Of a stretch of 64,000 nucleotides of DNA, positions 23,865 to 35,479 are shown piece after piece; positions within the stretch are counted from its first letter, which is position 1, and each line of letters starts with the position of its first letter. The notes below the pieces were generated by a model. It was not told the origin of the DNA. It saw only the letters and a list, made by a program, of their open reading frames with translations, and searched no databases. Where the stretch lies: the NCBI GenBank assembly GCA_965603825.1, contig CBFDEM010000040.1, positions 496,001 through 560,000 on the forward strand, read 5' to 3'. A program made the translations under genes and the position numbers. Origin of the DNA: Blepharisma stoltei ATCC 30299 (Eukaryota > Protista > Ciliophora).

Positions 23865-25643
23865 ATGGATAAAACGAATAAATACCTCGAAGAGCAGTAT
23901 GATGAACTATACAAAGCATATTTGCTTGTTCTTTCTGAACATTCAAACTTGAAACTTCGTTATCAGCAAGCAATCGAGGGGAGTATTCATGATATCAACC
24001 AAATGAACCTTTTAAAACTTGAAAATGAAGCTCTAAAAAAGCAACTTCAATCTTATGAAAGCCGATCTGATTCGATGAGAGAAACTCTGCCATGTACTCC
24101 GCATTCCTTTACTTATCACAGCTTTAAAGATCCTTTTCTGATGTTTTCTCCTCAAAGACTGGTTACTCTTTCTAATAGAGAATCTTGTCCAGATATGATG
24201 CCTAAAAAAATATATAATACTGCTGGAAAAATTAATCCTTCGCTTCCAGATCAAAGCCCTTCATTTGAACCTATTGATTCCAAAACTTATATTTCTTTTC
24301 TGATCATTGGAGTTTCAGGGGAAAAAATAGGGAGGGGCAGAGCCATCAAACCAGAAATTTTATACGAGTATCCAAAGGATAATTTTTTATTGCCTGATGA
24401 TACAAAGCAAGCGATTATTAACTGTTCTTTTCCCACAGGAATTGATGCACGCCCTTTAAGTCAAACCGGTTCTGAAACCGAGTTAAATGCCTTGATATAT
24501 GGCCAAATCCCACCAAAGCGTGGGAGTAAATGTTTTACATTTACATTGAGATCAAACCAGCTAGAAGAGCCACAAGGCGACATGCCAAATTCCAGCAAAG
24601 AGCTTCTCTACGTTTTTTGCGTAGAGTTCGAAGATTTGACCTACCAAGAGGACTTAAAGGTTGAATGAATTATCCCCAAAATTTACTGTTTTGTCACTTT
24701 TCTGCCAACCTTTGAGCTTCATTATGAAATTATCTCGCAAATGCTCCTGCAGAAAAGAATCAACAGAATGGAGCTTATGATTAACGAAGAGCCCAGCTCA
24801 GAATCTATTGAATACCAAAAAATTAGTTCATATGAAAAAAAGTTGCTTGAAACTTATGCTGAGATTGATAGTTTTATCCCTAATTCCTCAATTGAGATAG
24901 AATCAGAAAGATTGGATAAAGTTACATATCAATGCCCTAGAGACCTTAGCATGGTCGATATTCCGTGACTTTGCTCTCCTTTATTTTCGTCGCTTTCTTT
25001 TGATGATTTTTTTTGGCTTCTTTGTGCAGTTGCACAAGAAAAATCGGTCGTTTTTGTGTCAGCAAATCTGGGACTTCTAAGTTCATGTGTCATGAGTTTT
25101 CAAGCGCTATTGAGGCCATTTAAGTGGCCAAATTTAATGATCCCTATCATTCCAGACTCTTTGATGGATATGCTTGATGCCCCAATCCCTATTCTTGTAG
25201 GGACTTCTCTGCCTGTCAATTATAAAGGGAATTTAATTTGGGTTCTATTGGATGAAAAAAATTGTTCTGAAAAAATAAAAGGGACAAATTCTTTGCTGCA
25301 AGAAGTTAAGATCCCTGTTCTAAACGAACTAAGACAAAAGGTGAGCATACTTTATCAATTTTTCAAGGGGGACGAAATATGTTTTAATCCTTCAGATGCA
25401 CAAATTTCTGCCTGCATGAAAATTGCGAAAGTGATAAGAGAATTTTGACAAAAAATTATTGATGCTGCAAGGACATATAAAAATAAAAACATCAATAGTT
25501 CTTTAATGCACTTTTTAAGGCAGTTTTCGGAGGGTGATCATGAATTTCTTATGTCAATGATGGAAACTCAACTATTTAGTAACATATATCAAGACTTTCC
25601 AATGGAAGAAAACTTGCTAAATGTCCCAAAGGGAAAGTTGTAA
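23865..25643 (+). CDS. DENN-domain protein (Rab GEF-like) with N-terminal coiled coil
   Basis: TGA at 24666, 24966 and 25446 read through; CSFPTG, EKSVVFVSANLGLLSSCV, LLRPFKWPNLMIPIIP, LDAPIPILVG. Confidence 0.88.
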
Positions 25644-25754
25644 TTTATTTGTATTAAATATAAAATTTTAGCCAAGGAATTTTTTATTAGCACCATTGCA
25701 TTAAAAATGCATTTATTGGTTTCTAAATTTAATATTCAATTTCTTAATATAGAA

Positions 25755-28508
25755 ATGGGATCCAGAAAAGAGAAGTTTATATCTGAGTTGACAGCTATGG
25801 GATTTTCATTAGAAAACACTTTAAATGCCCTCGAATTATGTGAATATGACTTCAATTCCTCTCTTAGCTATCTAATTGAAAACTCGAACAACGAAAACCC
25901 AGCAGATGGCCAGAATTCAAGTCAAGAAAGTACACCATCTAATAATAGCTCTTATAAAATCAACCTGAACACATTAGAGCCTTTAAATCCTGAAGAGCGT
26001 CGACGAATTAAAGGAGTCCCAGTCGGATTAAAAAATATCGGAAATACATGCTATTTCAATTCTCTAATCCAGAGTTACTTTATGATACCTTCCTTTGTAA
26101 GAGAGATTTTCGGTTACCCAATCGAAGATAACACCAACAAAAAAATGCAAAATTTGCAAAATGAGAATGGGAGAGTCTTAGAGCAGCTTCAAAGGCTGTT
26201 TGCTCATATGATTGGGACTAATAAAATGTATATTGATCCAACTTTTGTATTGAATTGCTTAGTGAATGACTTGAAAAATGATATGAAAATGGGGAAACAG
26301 AATGATGTAGGAGAGTTTAACATTGTTCTGACTTCAAAAATAGATGAGTCTATAAAACAGCTGGAAGAAAACAAAAATGCAATTGATAAGCCTCTTATAG
26401 AACTATTTGATGGAAATTCTAGTGCACTTGCGGATATGTTTTATGGGAAACAGTGTGAAATTATTAAGAGCAATGAGGAGGATGGGGCAAAAGTAAAGCA
26501 AAGCAGTCAAAATATATTTGGCCAGATTAATCTAAACATCCATCATGAAGATTTATATTCCGCATGAGATTCTGCCACGAACTCTAAAATCGAAGGCTTT
26601 GTGACTCCCAAGAATCATATTGCAAATGCAAGCCATAGCATATATATAAATAAATTGCCATCAATTCTTTTATTTCAAATCCAAAGAGTTTTCTATGACA
26701 ATGCGTCAAGCCAAGCTGTAAAAACCGAAGACAAATTTTCTTTCCCAAAAACAATTTACGTCGACCGATTTTTATTAAAAAATCAAAAATATACAAAATC
26801 ACTGAAATTGAAAGCTGAGAACTTGAGAAGAGAAATTAAAGACCTAGAGCTTTTTATCGACTCTAACCTGAATTATAACTCATCATCTATGAGTTTACAA
26901 AACATACTTATGAGTTCAGCAGATTTTGTGAACAAGTTGTCAAAAAATGAATTAAGCCCTGATCATATAAAAGCTGAAGAAGAAAAGCAAAAAGATTTAA
27001 TTACAACTTCAAGTACTTTATTTTATTTAATTGAACAATTGAAAACACAGTTAGAAGCAGCTCAAGACCGAATTAATACTCTGAAATTGGAGTTAGAGTC
27101 GATTTATGATACTCAAGAGCTGAAAAAATCCCCTTATTTACTTCATTCAATATTAGTCCATGAAGGTCAAGCTGATAAAGGTCATTATTATTCATTTATA
27201 TACGACCCAGAAGACCAAAGGTGGAGAAAATATAATGATATTCACGTAACTGATGTGACTGAAGCAGAAGTCATGGCATCTTCAATAGGTGGAAATGGGT
27301 CAAGCTCTGCTTACTGCTTGGTCTATCTCGACCCTATTTGTTTAGAAAATGTTTCTCAGGAGAGGTTCAGAACATACTCAATCCTAGGTGACATAAATGA
27401 TGATCTCTACACAAGATTCATCCCTGAGCAGCTCAAATACGAAGTAAAATACCAAAATGACCGAGAGCTCGAGCAGCTTTATGAGTGAAGAGCTTCAATG
27501 GCTTTGAATGAAATCCAAGAACTATATTTAGCAAGGCAAGCGGCATCATACGACCACTATATTAAATTCCGCGCCCAAAAATCTACACCTGGGGAAACTA
27601 TACAATATGAGCTCATTAATTTTGCAACTTATCTAAAAATTATCGGAGCCGAGCATTTAAGCAGATGGCAAATCCTTGATACCTGTGTCAAAGAAATCGA
27701 CCAACAAAAACGCTCCCTTGCGGATATTGAAAAAATTGACCCTTTATATATCAAACTTAAAAAGAACTTTCTTAAGAACTGCAAAGAAGGCCCTGCAAAT
27801 TTAGATTTAAAGGAGTCTGAAATCCGAGCCCTTGAAAAAGAGCTAAATTCTTTTGGAAAAATATTAAAAGACGCTTATTTGACAACGCATTCGCTGAAAT
27901 GTATGAATAAAGGTAAAATTATTGACGCAATGAAAAGTTTTGTATATCAATTGCAGCTTTCTCGAGATGAAAGCACAATTTATCAAAAAATTCCTAGGGA
28001 TGCCCATAAAGTTTTACTATTAAAAGTTATGTCTGATGTCATAAAAAATCTTGCCGCAAGAAGGTATAAAGAAGCAATGGAATTTTTGGGACATGTTATT
28101 ATGATGGTATGCTTGGTTCTTGAAGAGAATGATCCACATTTTAAACAAATAGAGCTGGTTGTCGAAGAACTGTCACAGAGGGTCGATGAAAAAGAATTAG
28201 GCCCTGAAAATTTTCAAAAGTTTATAGAGCTGAGGACTGCATTGAAAACGGGGGATTTTGTTTCTTCTTTTGATTTTCTAGATCAGCCTTCAAAGTTAAG
28301 AAAATTAGTTGCAAGGCTAGAAATGCTGAATCCTTATGCATGGAAAGATGGATGGCGCCAAAAAGATATAGCTGTACAATTCGCAAAAGAATTGAATGAG
28401 CTAAAGCATGGGAAATATACTAAATGAATCAACTTGCACAATAAGTTAGCAAACCATGCTAAATTCGTTGAGAGTTCAGATTTTTTGATAGACAGTTCGT
28501 GAAGCTAA
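25755..28508 (+). CDS. Ubiquitin-specific protease (USP25/28-like) with N-terminal UBA
   Basis: LTAMGFS UBA; GLKNIGNTCYFNS; QNDVGEF; VHEGQADKGHYY; TGA at 26565, 27486, 28425 and 28500; first TAA at 28506-28508. Confidence 0.88.
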
Positions 28509-28976
28509 TGTATAATAGTAAATTTTACTGATAATAAAATGTGATATTAAATGTTGCATTTTATTAGCTTAGATTATGCAAAAGTAATTGTTTTCTTCAT
28601 TGAAATGTTTTCATGAAATTAGCTTTAAAAATTTTAATTAAAACTAAAATGCTGAAGGAGGAGAGTTCAAATATAATTTTTTTTTGAAAATAAGTTAATG
28701 GCAGCAAACATTTTCTTTATCAAGATTTGGCTATTCCTTGCTTCAAACTTCACTTTCTGATTTAATTTATATTATTATTCATAAATTTATTAGGATTATT
28801 GATAATCATTCAAATTAACTCTGGAACACCTTTGAGTGGCTTAAATTTATTTGTTAATCATCATTATTTTATCTCTTAGACTATCTTTTAATTCCCACCA
28901 GAGCAATAATATTGGCGTCCCAATTATATCTCGGCTATTAGATTAGATAATAGCTGTTTATTGTGCAATCATAAAA

Positions 28977-30641
28977 ATGACTGAATCTAGTCAAAAATTC
29001 CGCAGACATATAGATCGAATGCAATCAGCTCCCCCAGATGAGAGCTATGCTTTGCTTCCAGAATCTTCAAAAAACTCTTCAGCTTTCAATCTAAACGCAA
29101 ATGAGTTTGTGCCGGGAGGCACTCCATCAGCATCAGAACCCAAGCCTTTAACATCTGAGTCTAAAACAAAATTGAGTATATCAGCAATGGAGTTCAACCC
29201 ACTTGCAAAACCTTCAGTCCCCCTGCCGGCATCTGCTTTTAGAGCAGATGCCCCAGAATTTACCTTGAAGTTTGGACCGACTTCATCGATGCAAACTCTT
29301 TCTCTCAACGCTGCAGTCAACGTTCCTGAGTTTATTCCCGGTGGACAGTTTAAACTTGAAGAGCAGCCAGCCAAAGTGGAAGAAAAAGCTCCTGAGCCTC
29401 CAAAAATTGAAGAAGAAATTGTAGAGCCTGAAGATAAATTTACACTGGTTTTCAATCGAGCCCTGGTTGAACAAGAAATTGCTGAAGAAGTAGACTTTGC
29501 CGATGTGGCAATCAAGGTAGACGAGAGGATCATATATACATATGAAGAAATCGAAAGAATAGGCAAGGAAATAGAAAACGAAAGCGAGTACTCAAAAATC
29601 ACAGCTGAGCTATCACAACTAAGTGATAGGAAAATTTTTAAGTCGAGCAGGAAAAGGGACAATAAAAGGCATGATTCTAAGAAAGGGCAGAGGAAAGATA
29701 AAGAGTGGAGAGAAAAAGAGCAACAAGGGCAAACGCTTACAATAGTCAATTGGAGGAGGGAAAAAACAACTGAAGAAGAAAAAATCATCCAGAAAGCAAG
29801 GGAGCATACTGCAAAGCTGAAAGAAAATAAAGAAGAGGAAGAAAAGATCAAAAGGACTATAAAAGTTACTCTAAACAAGCTTTCACCATCAAATCTGGAG
29901 AAGCTAAGGGACCAGCTTATGGACATTGGGAAATCATCTCCTTCTTCTTTGCAAATTCTTGTAGCTGGGATTTTTGATAAAGCATGGTCAGAGCCAAAAT
30001 ACACTCAGATGTATGCACAAATGTGTGGCCACTTCAAAGTCGCGTTTGAGAGTCACAAGTTTCCTGGCCTAGAAGAAGAAAAAACGCCAAAAAATCCTTT
30101 CAAAAACGAGCTCCTCATTATGTGTGAAGAATCATTTAAATTTGTTCCATCAGAAACCGATTACGAAGGACTCGACGAAGAAGCCGCTGAAAAAAAGAAA
30201 GTTCTCCACAAGAAAAAAACCCAAGGCAATGTCCGATTTATCGGTGAACTTTTCAATGTGAAGCTGATCACCACTAAAATCGTGCTCATGTGTATTCACG
30301 AAATGCTTGGACTTGATGAAGGCTCTCAAGGAAGACCCCAAACTCTTGACGAAGACAAGCTAGAAGGGGCTTGCATTCTACTAAGCACAGGCGGAGCTGG
30401 CTTCGAGCGAGGGTCTTTAAAGAAAGAAACGAATAAAGTGTTTGAGTACCTATCGAGCCTAATTCAAAATAAAACAACGCTTTCTTCTAAACTGAGGTTC
30501 AAGATCATGAATTTAGTCGATGAAAGAAACAGCGGGTGGAGCAAGAACAAGAAAGATGAGCCGACAACTATTGAAGAAGTCCATGCTGAGTTTGAGAAAG
30601 AGCAGAGTATCATCCAGCAAAGGCATGAAGTTCGCAGATAA
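28977..30641 (+). CDS. EIF4G: eIF4G-like MIF4G protein with PAM2 motifs
   Basis: TLNKLSPSN, KAWSEPKYTQMYAQMC, GNVRFIGELF, RFKIMNLVDERNSGW. Confidence 0.88.
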   Translation: MTESSQKFRRHIDRMQSAPPDESYALLPESSKNSSAFNLNANEFVPGGTPSASEPKPLTSESKTKLSISAMEFNPLAKPSVPLPASAFRADAPEFTLKFGPTSSMQTLSLNAAVNVPEFIPGGQFKLEEQPAKVEEKAPEPPKIEEEIVEPEDKFTLVFNRALVEQEIAEEVDFADVAIKVDERIIYTYEEIERIGKEIENESEYSKITAELSQLSDRKIFKSSRKRDNKRHDSKKGQRKDKEWREKEQQGQTLTIVNWRREKTTEEEKIIQKAREHTAKLKENKEEEEKIKRTIKVTLNKLSPSNLEKLRDQLMDIGKSSPSSLQILVAGIFDKAWSEPKYTQMYAQMCGHFKVAFESHKFPGLEEEKTPKNPFKNELLIMCEESFKFVPSETDYEGLDEEAAEKKKVLHKKKTQGNVRFIGELFNVKLITTKIVLMCIHEMLGLDEGSQGRPQTLDEDKLEGACILLSTGGAGFERGSLKKETNKVFEYLSSLIQNKTTLSSKLRFKIMNLVDERNSGWSKNKKDEPTTIEEVHAEFEKEQSIIQQRHEVRR

Positions 30642-30702
30642 TTACAGTGTAATTAGTCTCATAATTAGTAATATGTATATATTAAAAATAGCTGTGTTAT
30701 TG

Positions 30703-32448
30703 TTATTTCCATTTTATTGAAGACAGGGTGGAACAGATAGTTTTGAAGTTTGGCCTTTTTTCAGTTTCGACGGACCAGCAGGATTTCACAAGTTTGGAGA
30801 GATCTGATGGGAATGAGGAGCCTATAATAGGAGTGGCTCCTTCGTGGCCTACACTTTGCTGCATTTTTGAATAGTTAAGACCTTCATATGGAATTTCTTC
30901 GGTGATTATCTCTCATACAATAACCCCAAACGAATAGATATCGTCAGTTGGCTTTGCTCTGACACAAGTCCTAGAAGCTTCTCTCAGCAGCTCAGGACTG
31001 CTTCAGGCATTTTTATTTTGGTAGCTTATAACTACTCCAGCATATTTTTTTATTTTTTCCAGCCCAAGGTCACTTATCTTTACTTTTTGTTGGGAGTCTA
31101 AAACTAAGTTATGTGAAGACAAATGCCCATGGACTCTGCCCAAAGAGTGTAGTTCCCTAAGCCCCTGCGCCAATTCCATAATAATTTTCCCTTTTTCTTG
31201 GATAGTGAATCTTGTTTTAATTTCATGCAAATTGAAATACAGTGAGCCGTTTGGCATATAAGCTGTTATTATTCCGATTGATGGAAGATTAAAACTAGCT
31301 CCATGAAATGGTACCATATACCCAGAATCAATGGATTTTAAATTGATAATTTCTGAATTGAACTCTTCTAAAACATACCCGCTCATCCTTGGAAAACTGA
31401 TTTTTCTATAGAGAAGCTCTTTTCCTTTATATAAACACTTATACAACTCTCCTAAACCATTTTGCCTTGCTCCAATTTTTGTAGATACAGTGATTTCAGA
31501 GGCATCAATAAAAGGGTTTGGGTTTATTAAAGACTCCGATAAAGTCGCAGTATCATCACTCAGTGAGATTGCTTTAGCAGGATGTGTAAACACCTCAGCT
31601 GATATCCTATTTCGATCATCTTCTCCTGCATAGGAAAAGATCTCCATAAACCTATACTCGATAACTGTTAAAAAGCAGCACACTTCGCTTATAACTAAAT
31701 CTGCCACTGCCAAACAAGCTGTGACATATGTTGACCTCTCATCATAAATTTCGGTCACAAATCCAGCAGAATTTATATCTATAAGCACCAAAACACCATT
31801 TATGTAGCGACCTAAAGTTCACAATAAAGTCACCAGTGTAATTCTTTGGAGTTTGTCTTTAGAAGCGTCAGACTTAAAAGGCGTTCCTGAATAATTAATA
31901 TAAAGATACAGCAAAATGAGCATTAAAATCGTTGCACTTAATATGTTTACCAGTGCAAGCTCAAGCTCGATATCAACCTGCCTTAGGACATCTGAAAAAT
32001 ATAGTGTAAAAAACAGGACTTCTACTGAAAGCCATGCAGAAATGGTATAGGCAATGAACTTGCTAACTGATTTGTGTTTAGGCCTAGTAAAATGAATGAT
32101 AAGTGACAGTTGAATGTCGTTTTCCATATGAGTGTAGTAAAAAACACTTACCATCTGATGGGCTAAAAGTACATAGGATACAATAAATAAACAATCAGGG
32201 ACTGAAACTAGTAAAAACAAAGACTCGTTCTTGGTCTCACTTCTTGGCAATGTCCAAGTTAGCAGAGCATATGTGACGAATCGCATAAATGCTTGAGCCA
32301 TAATCGTGATATAAAATACTTTTGTTTGCTTTCAGTCCTCGGAGAATCTTTTAAGCTTGTTCGTTCGAATTGCACAGAGGCCAAATGTGATAGAGTACAG
32401 CACAGTTACTGAAAACACCAGTAAAAAATAGGTGAAATTGCTCATCAT
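30703..32448 (-). CDS. 7TM (TOM1/THH1/GPR137-like) domain fused to a TKL-like pseudokinase, 581 aa
   Basis: One frame from ATG 32448 to TAA 30703 via TGA at 32332, 31819, 31003 and 30913; seven hydrophobic segments; YMPNGSL, HGHLSSHN, DLG, WSSPE, DIYSFGVIVWE, CW...RPNF. Confidence 0.85.
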
Positions 32449-32477
32449 TTTCTTAGAAATTTATACGACAAAATAAT

Positions 32478-33401
32478 ATGGGTCAGACTAAAGGGATTTA
32501 TTACAACTTCTTGATTATTGTTTTTGTCGGAGTTATCTGGTATTTTATCACGAGAAATCCAAGCTATAGTGTTTATCCTTTGCCTGATATTGCTATGAAT
32601 GACAGCTCAGAGCTAAACCTTATGCCTAGAAGAATAGACCTTTCATTGATTTTTAATAGAGATTCAATGGAAATTCCAAAAGAATTACAAAAAAATATCA
32701 CACAGATAAGAAACGAGTTTTCACATTTATTAGACGTTGAAATTAATATCAATTTTGTGAGGAATGATGACATGTGCTGTAAGAAATGCCATGAAAATTT
32801 AGATCAGTTTAGATTGATATTGAAGCCGGCAAATATTGAAATAAGAAGAGAAATCAGTAATGTTGCTATCATCATTTCTGAAGATGATTGCAATCCAATA
32901 CCTATGGAAAATGTTCATTATGTGCATCCTGATCATTTAGGAGATATCAGCAAAATATTGATTGTCACGCTGAGGATAATAATCGGATTACCTGAAGCTG
33001 ATAATTTAATCAATGGCTTGACACAAGAAGAACGAAAAAGTGCTAATTCTATAGCCGTTTTATATCAAACAACAAAATTTAACACAGAAATAAGGCATTT
33101 CAATAATCTTCTCAAACTAAACAAGCCGATAATATCTTTTAAAGATTATCTGGATATTGAAAAAGCAAGAAGTGATATAGAAAATGCAAGCAAAACAAAC
33201 GATTTAATAGAGCTGGCCCAAGCTGTAGATCTAATTGTAGACTTAAACTCAAGAGAAAGCTTATACCAGGAAGAATATTTCCAATGGGATTTCAAAGTGG
33301 GGGTTTATGCACCTATTTTTGTCCCATCTTTATTTCCTCTCGGTGGAGCAATTTACCATAAGCTTTTCATGAACTATAAAGCTAAGCTAAAAATTGATTA
33401 A
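32478..33401 (+). CDS. PIGS: PIG-S-like GPI transamidase component (short, divergent)
   Basis: N-terminal TM followed by YPLP; C-terminal YFQWDFKVGVYAPIFVP resembles PIG-S YFPxxxKYAIYxPLFxP. Confidence 0.6.
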   Translation: MGQTKGIYYNFLIIVFVGVIWYFITRNPSYSVYPLPDIAMNDSSELNLMPRRIDLSLIFNRDSMEIPKELQKNITQIRNEFSHLLDVEININFVRNDDMCCKKCHENLDQFRLILKPANIEIRREISNVAIIISEDDCNPIPMENVHYVHPDHLGDISKILIVTLRIIIGLPEADNLINGLTQEERKSANSIAVLYQTTKFNTEIRHFNNLLKLNKPIISFKDYLDIEKARSDIENASKTNDLIELAQAVDLIVDLNSRESLYQEEYFQWDFKVGVYAPIFVPSLFPLGGAIYHKLFMNYKAKLKID

Positions 33402-33410
33402 TATATAAAA

Positions 33411-34400
33411 ATGAGTGATTCCTTTATTCCTCCTAAAAAAAGACCTAAAAAAGAGGTGCTTGAAGAAGATGAATATTTATCATCTATAAGTTCGATTATA
33501 GAAAGAGACTATTTTCCTGACAAAAAGAAGCTTCTTGCTCTGAAAAGACTGCTTGATGCAGAAGAATTAGGAGATCCACTACTAATCCAGATCGCAAGAG
33601 AAGAGCTACAAAGAACAGAAGACAACAATAGTGTGCTAGCGACCCCAGACACCCATGTAACTTCAAAATTCTCACAGAGCAAAGCAGACCAGACACTTGA
33701 TGAATTTTTGGCAAAATATTCAAGCGAAGATAATGTTTCATTTGAAGAAATCCAAGAAAAACATAGGGAAAAGTTGGCAGAAAAATACAGCTGAATTGAT
33801 AGCATAACTCAAGAAGACATCAGGCTAAAAGCTATTGCAAATCAAACTCAAGCGGTAAGGAATATGCAGGCGATTACTTCATCAAATACAAAAGATCAGC
33901 TAAAAAGCATTTCAGCTTGGCCTGATTTACCATTATCTACTCTTGCTACCAGCAAGGAATTTAAAGGCAAGCCAAAAGAAATCATTAAAGAAAACACAAG
34001 AATTCCTCCAGAACTATTAATAGAGCTGCAGACACCAAGTGAAAAATTCCCTGAAATCCCTGCTTATCAAGAAATCGAAACTCCTGAAATTGAGAAAAGA
34101 TCAAAAGAGCCTGATAGACTGATATTCAATAACAAAAGATTTAGGGTAAGATTTATGTAGATGCAAGATCCTTCAGAAAAAGAAGAGCTGATGATAAAAC
34201 TAGCAGCAAAGCTAAACAGAAGCTCAAGAGAAAGATCAAGAAGACTATCGGACCAAAGATTGCAGACTCCCAGGACTTTTGGGTCAATTTTTTCTCCATC
34301 TCCAAAATTTAGCAGAGCTCCAAGCACGATTTTTCCAGTTTGTGACAAAGATTCCTCAAGTTTTGCTGGAAATCCACATAAAAAATCAAAATTTATGTAA
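33411..34400 (+). CDS. ESS2: Splicing factor ESS2/DGCR14 homolog
   Basis: VLEEDEYLSSISSIIERDYFPD, LDEFLAKYSSEDNVSFEEI; TGA 33792 = Trp; intron 34146-34160 and probably 33855-33869. Confidence 0.88.
33855..33869 (+). other. 15-nt intron (possible)
   Basis: gtaaggaatatgcag; fits the consensus including A10, but is in frame with no stop. Confidence 0.5.
34146..34160 (+). other. 15-nt intron
   Basis: gtaagatttatgtag; carries the in-frame TAG. Confidence 0.88.
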
Positions 34401-34428
34401 TTATACAGCTATTTTTTCAATAATTTAA

Positions 34429-35172
34429 TTAAGAGCAATGCTCTCTTCTGACTCTTTGCCAAGTAGCAATAATATTTTCTAACCCCTCTATCACATTATT
34501 GTCAAGTTCTCCGTTTCCATCAATTATATGTGCAAAATCAATGTATCTTACTTGGCATTTCCCATTTTTTCCAACAACATAAAAGGCTGAAGTGCACCTA
34601 AAATGCTTGCTCCTATTGCTTCTAAACCAATTCAGAATTCTGGCAGTCCCTCCAATTAGCTCATCTATAAGATCTCTTTGCACTGCTCCATCCCTCGTTA
34701 CAATTTTTGCGAATTGCTGATGAATATTTTCTTCATTAATTTCATTAAAAGCTTTAACGAGAGTCTCTACCTTATTTCCATGCTCATCTTTTACGATAAG
34801 TCCTGTAATTCTATACCCAAGAGTCCCAGTCGTGGTGCTTTGATTTTTTATTTGCTGGTTTCTGATAGTTTTTTCTGAATGATGAGGGGTCCAAGTGATT
34901 TTTCCAATTTTGCAGTCCATGAAGCTTGCGTGTTCATAGCCTAATAATAAATTTTCAAGAACTACATAAGTCCCTCCTTCCCTTTCTTGAGTCCCATAAA
35001 ATCTAGGAGCCATCTGTCTCAGTTCCATAATCATCGGGTCATCATGCTCAGGACTGTAAAGCCATCTGTAGAAGTTAATTTCGCTTTCCTTGCACCTCTT
35101 CAAAAGCTTGTCACCTTCAAAGATCATGACCCCTGCGTGGCCTCCAGCTTGGTCTGTGCTTGACTGTTCCAT
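34429..35172 (-). CDS. Inositol polyphosphate kinase (IPK/IPMK family)
   Basis: QAGGHAG, EINFY, VLENL, MDCKIG, LGYRITG, IDFAH. Confidence 0.9.
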   Translation of the reverse strand: MEQSSTDQAGGHAGVMIFEGDKLLKRCKESEINFYRWLYSPEHDDPMIMELRQMAPRFYGTQEREGGTYVVLENLLLGYEHASFMDCKIGKITWTPHHSEKTIRNQQIKNQSTTTGTLGYRITGLIVKDEHGNKVETLVKAFNEINEENIHQQFAKIVTRDGAVQRDLIDELIGGTARILNWFRSNRSKHFRCTSAFYVVGKNGKCQVRYIDFAHIIDGNGELDNNVIEGLENIIATWQRVRREHCS

Positions 35173-35201
35173 TATATTATGGTCAAAATTATATCCAATA
35201 A

Positions 35202-35438
35202 ATGTCAAATTCAACAGGCTTGGTGGTTGGGTCGGTCATATATTTTGCCCTTATTTTTGTTATTGGCGTTCCCCTGAGCTTATACGTGAAAAAACATACA
35301 AAAGATCACAGTCAAAGGAAAGAAAATTTTAATTTAACGTGGGCACTGGTGGTGATCGGAGTAGTTATGATGTGGCTCTTGTGGCTCTGTGCATTCTTAC
35401 ACCAGATGAATCCTCTTGTAACCCCGAAGATGGATTAG
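35202..35438 (+). CDS. ATP6V0E: V-ATPase V0 subunit e
   Basis: Two TMs; MWLLWLCAFLHQMNPLVTP signature. Confidence 0.92.
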   Translation: MSNSTGLVVGSVIYFALIFVIGVPLSLYVKKHTKDHSQRKENFNLTWALVVIGVVMMWLLWLCAFLHQMNPLVTPKMD

Positions 35439-35479
35439 CTAACTAAGTAAACTTATGATCTTGATAAGATAAAGTATAA

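Noticed and set aside
29045-30004. 319-aa antisense ORF over the eIF4G-like gene
   Set aside because: Ser/Phe/Leu-rich mirror of Glu/Lys codons; no motifs
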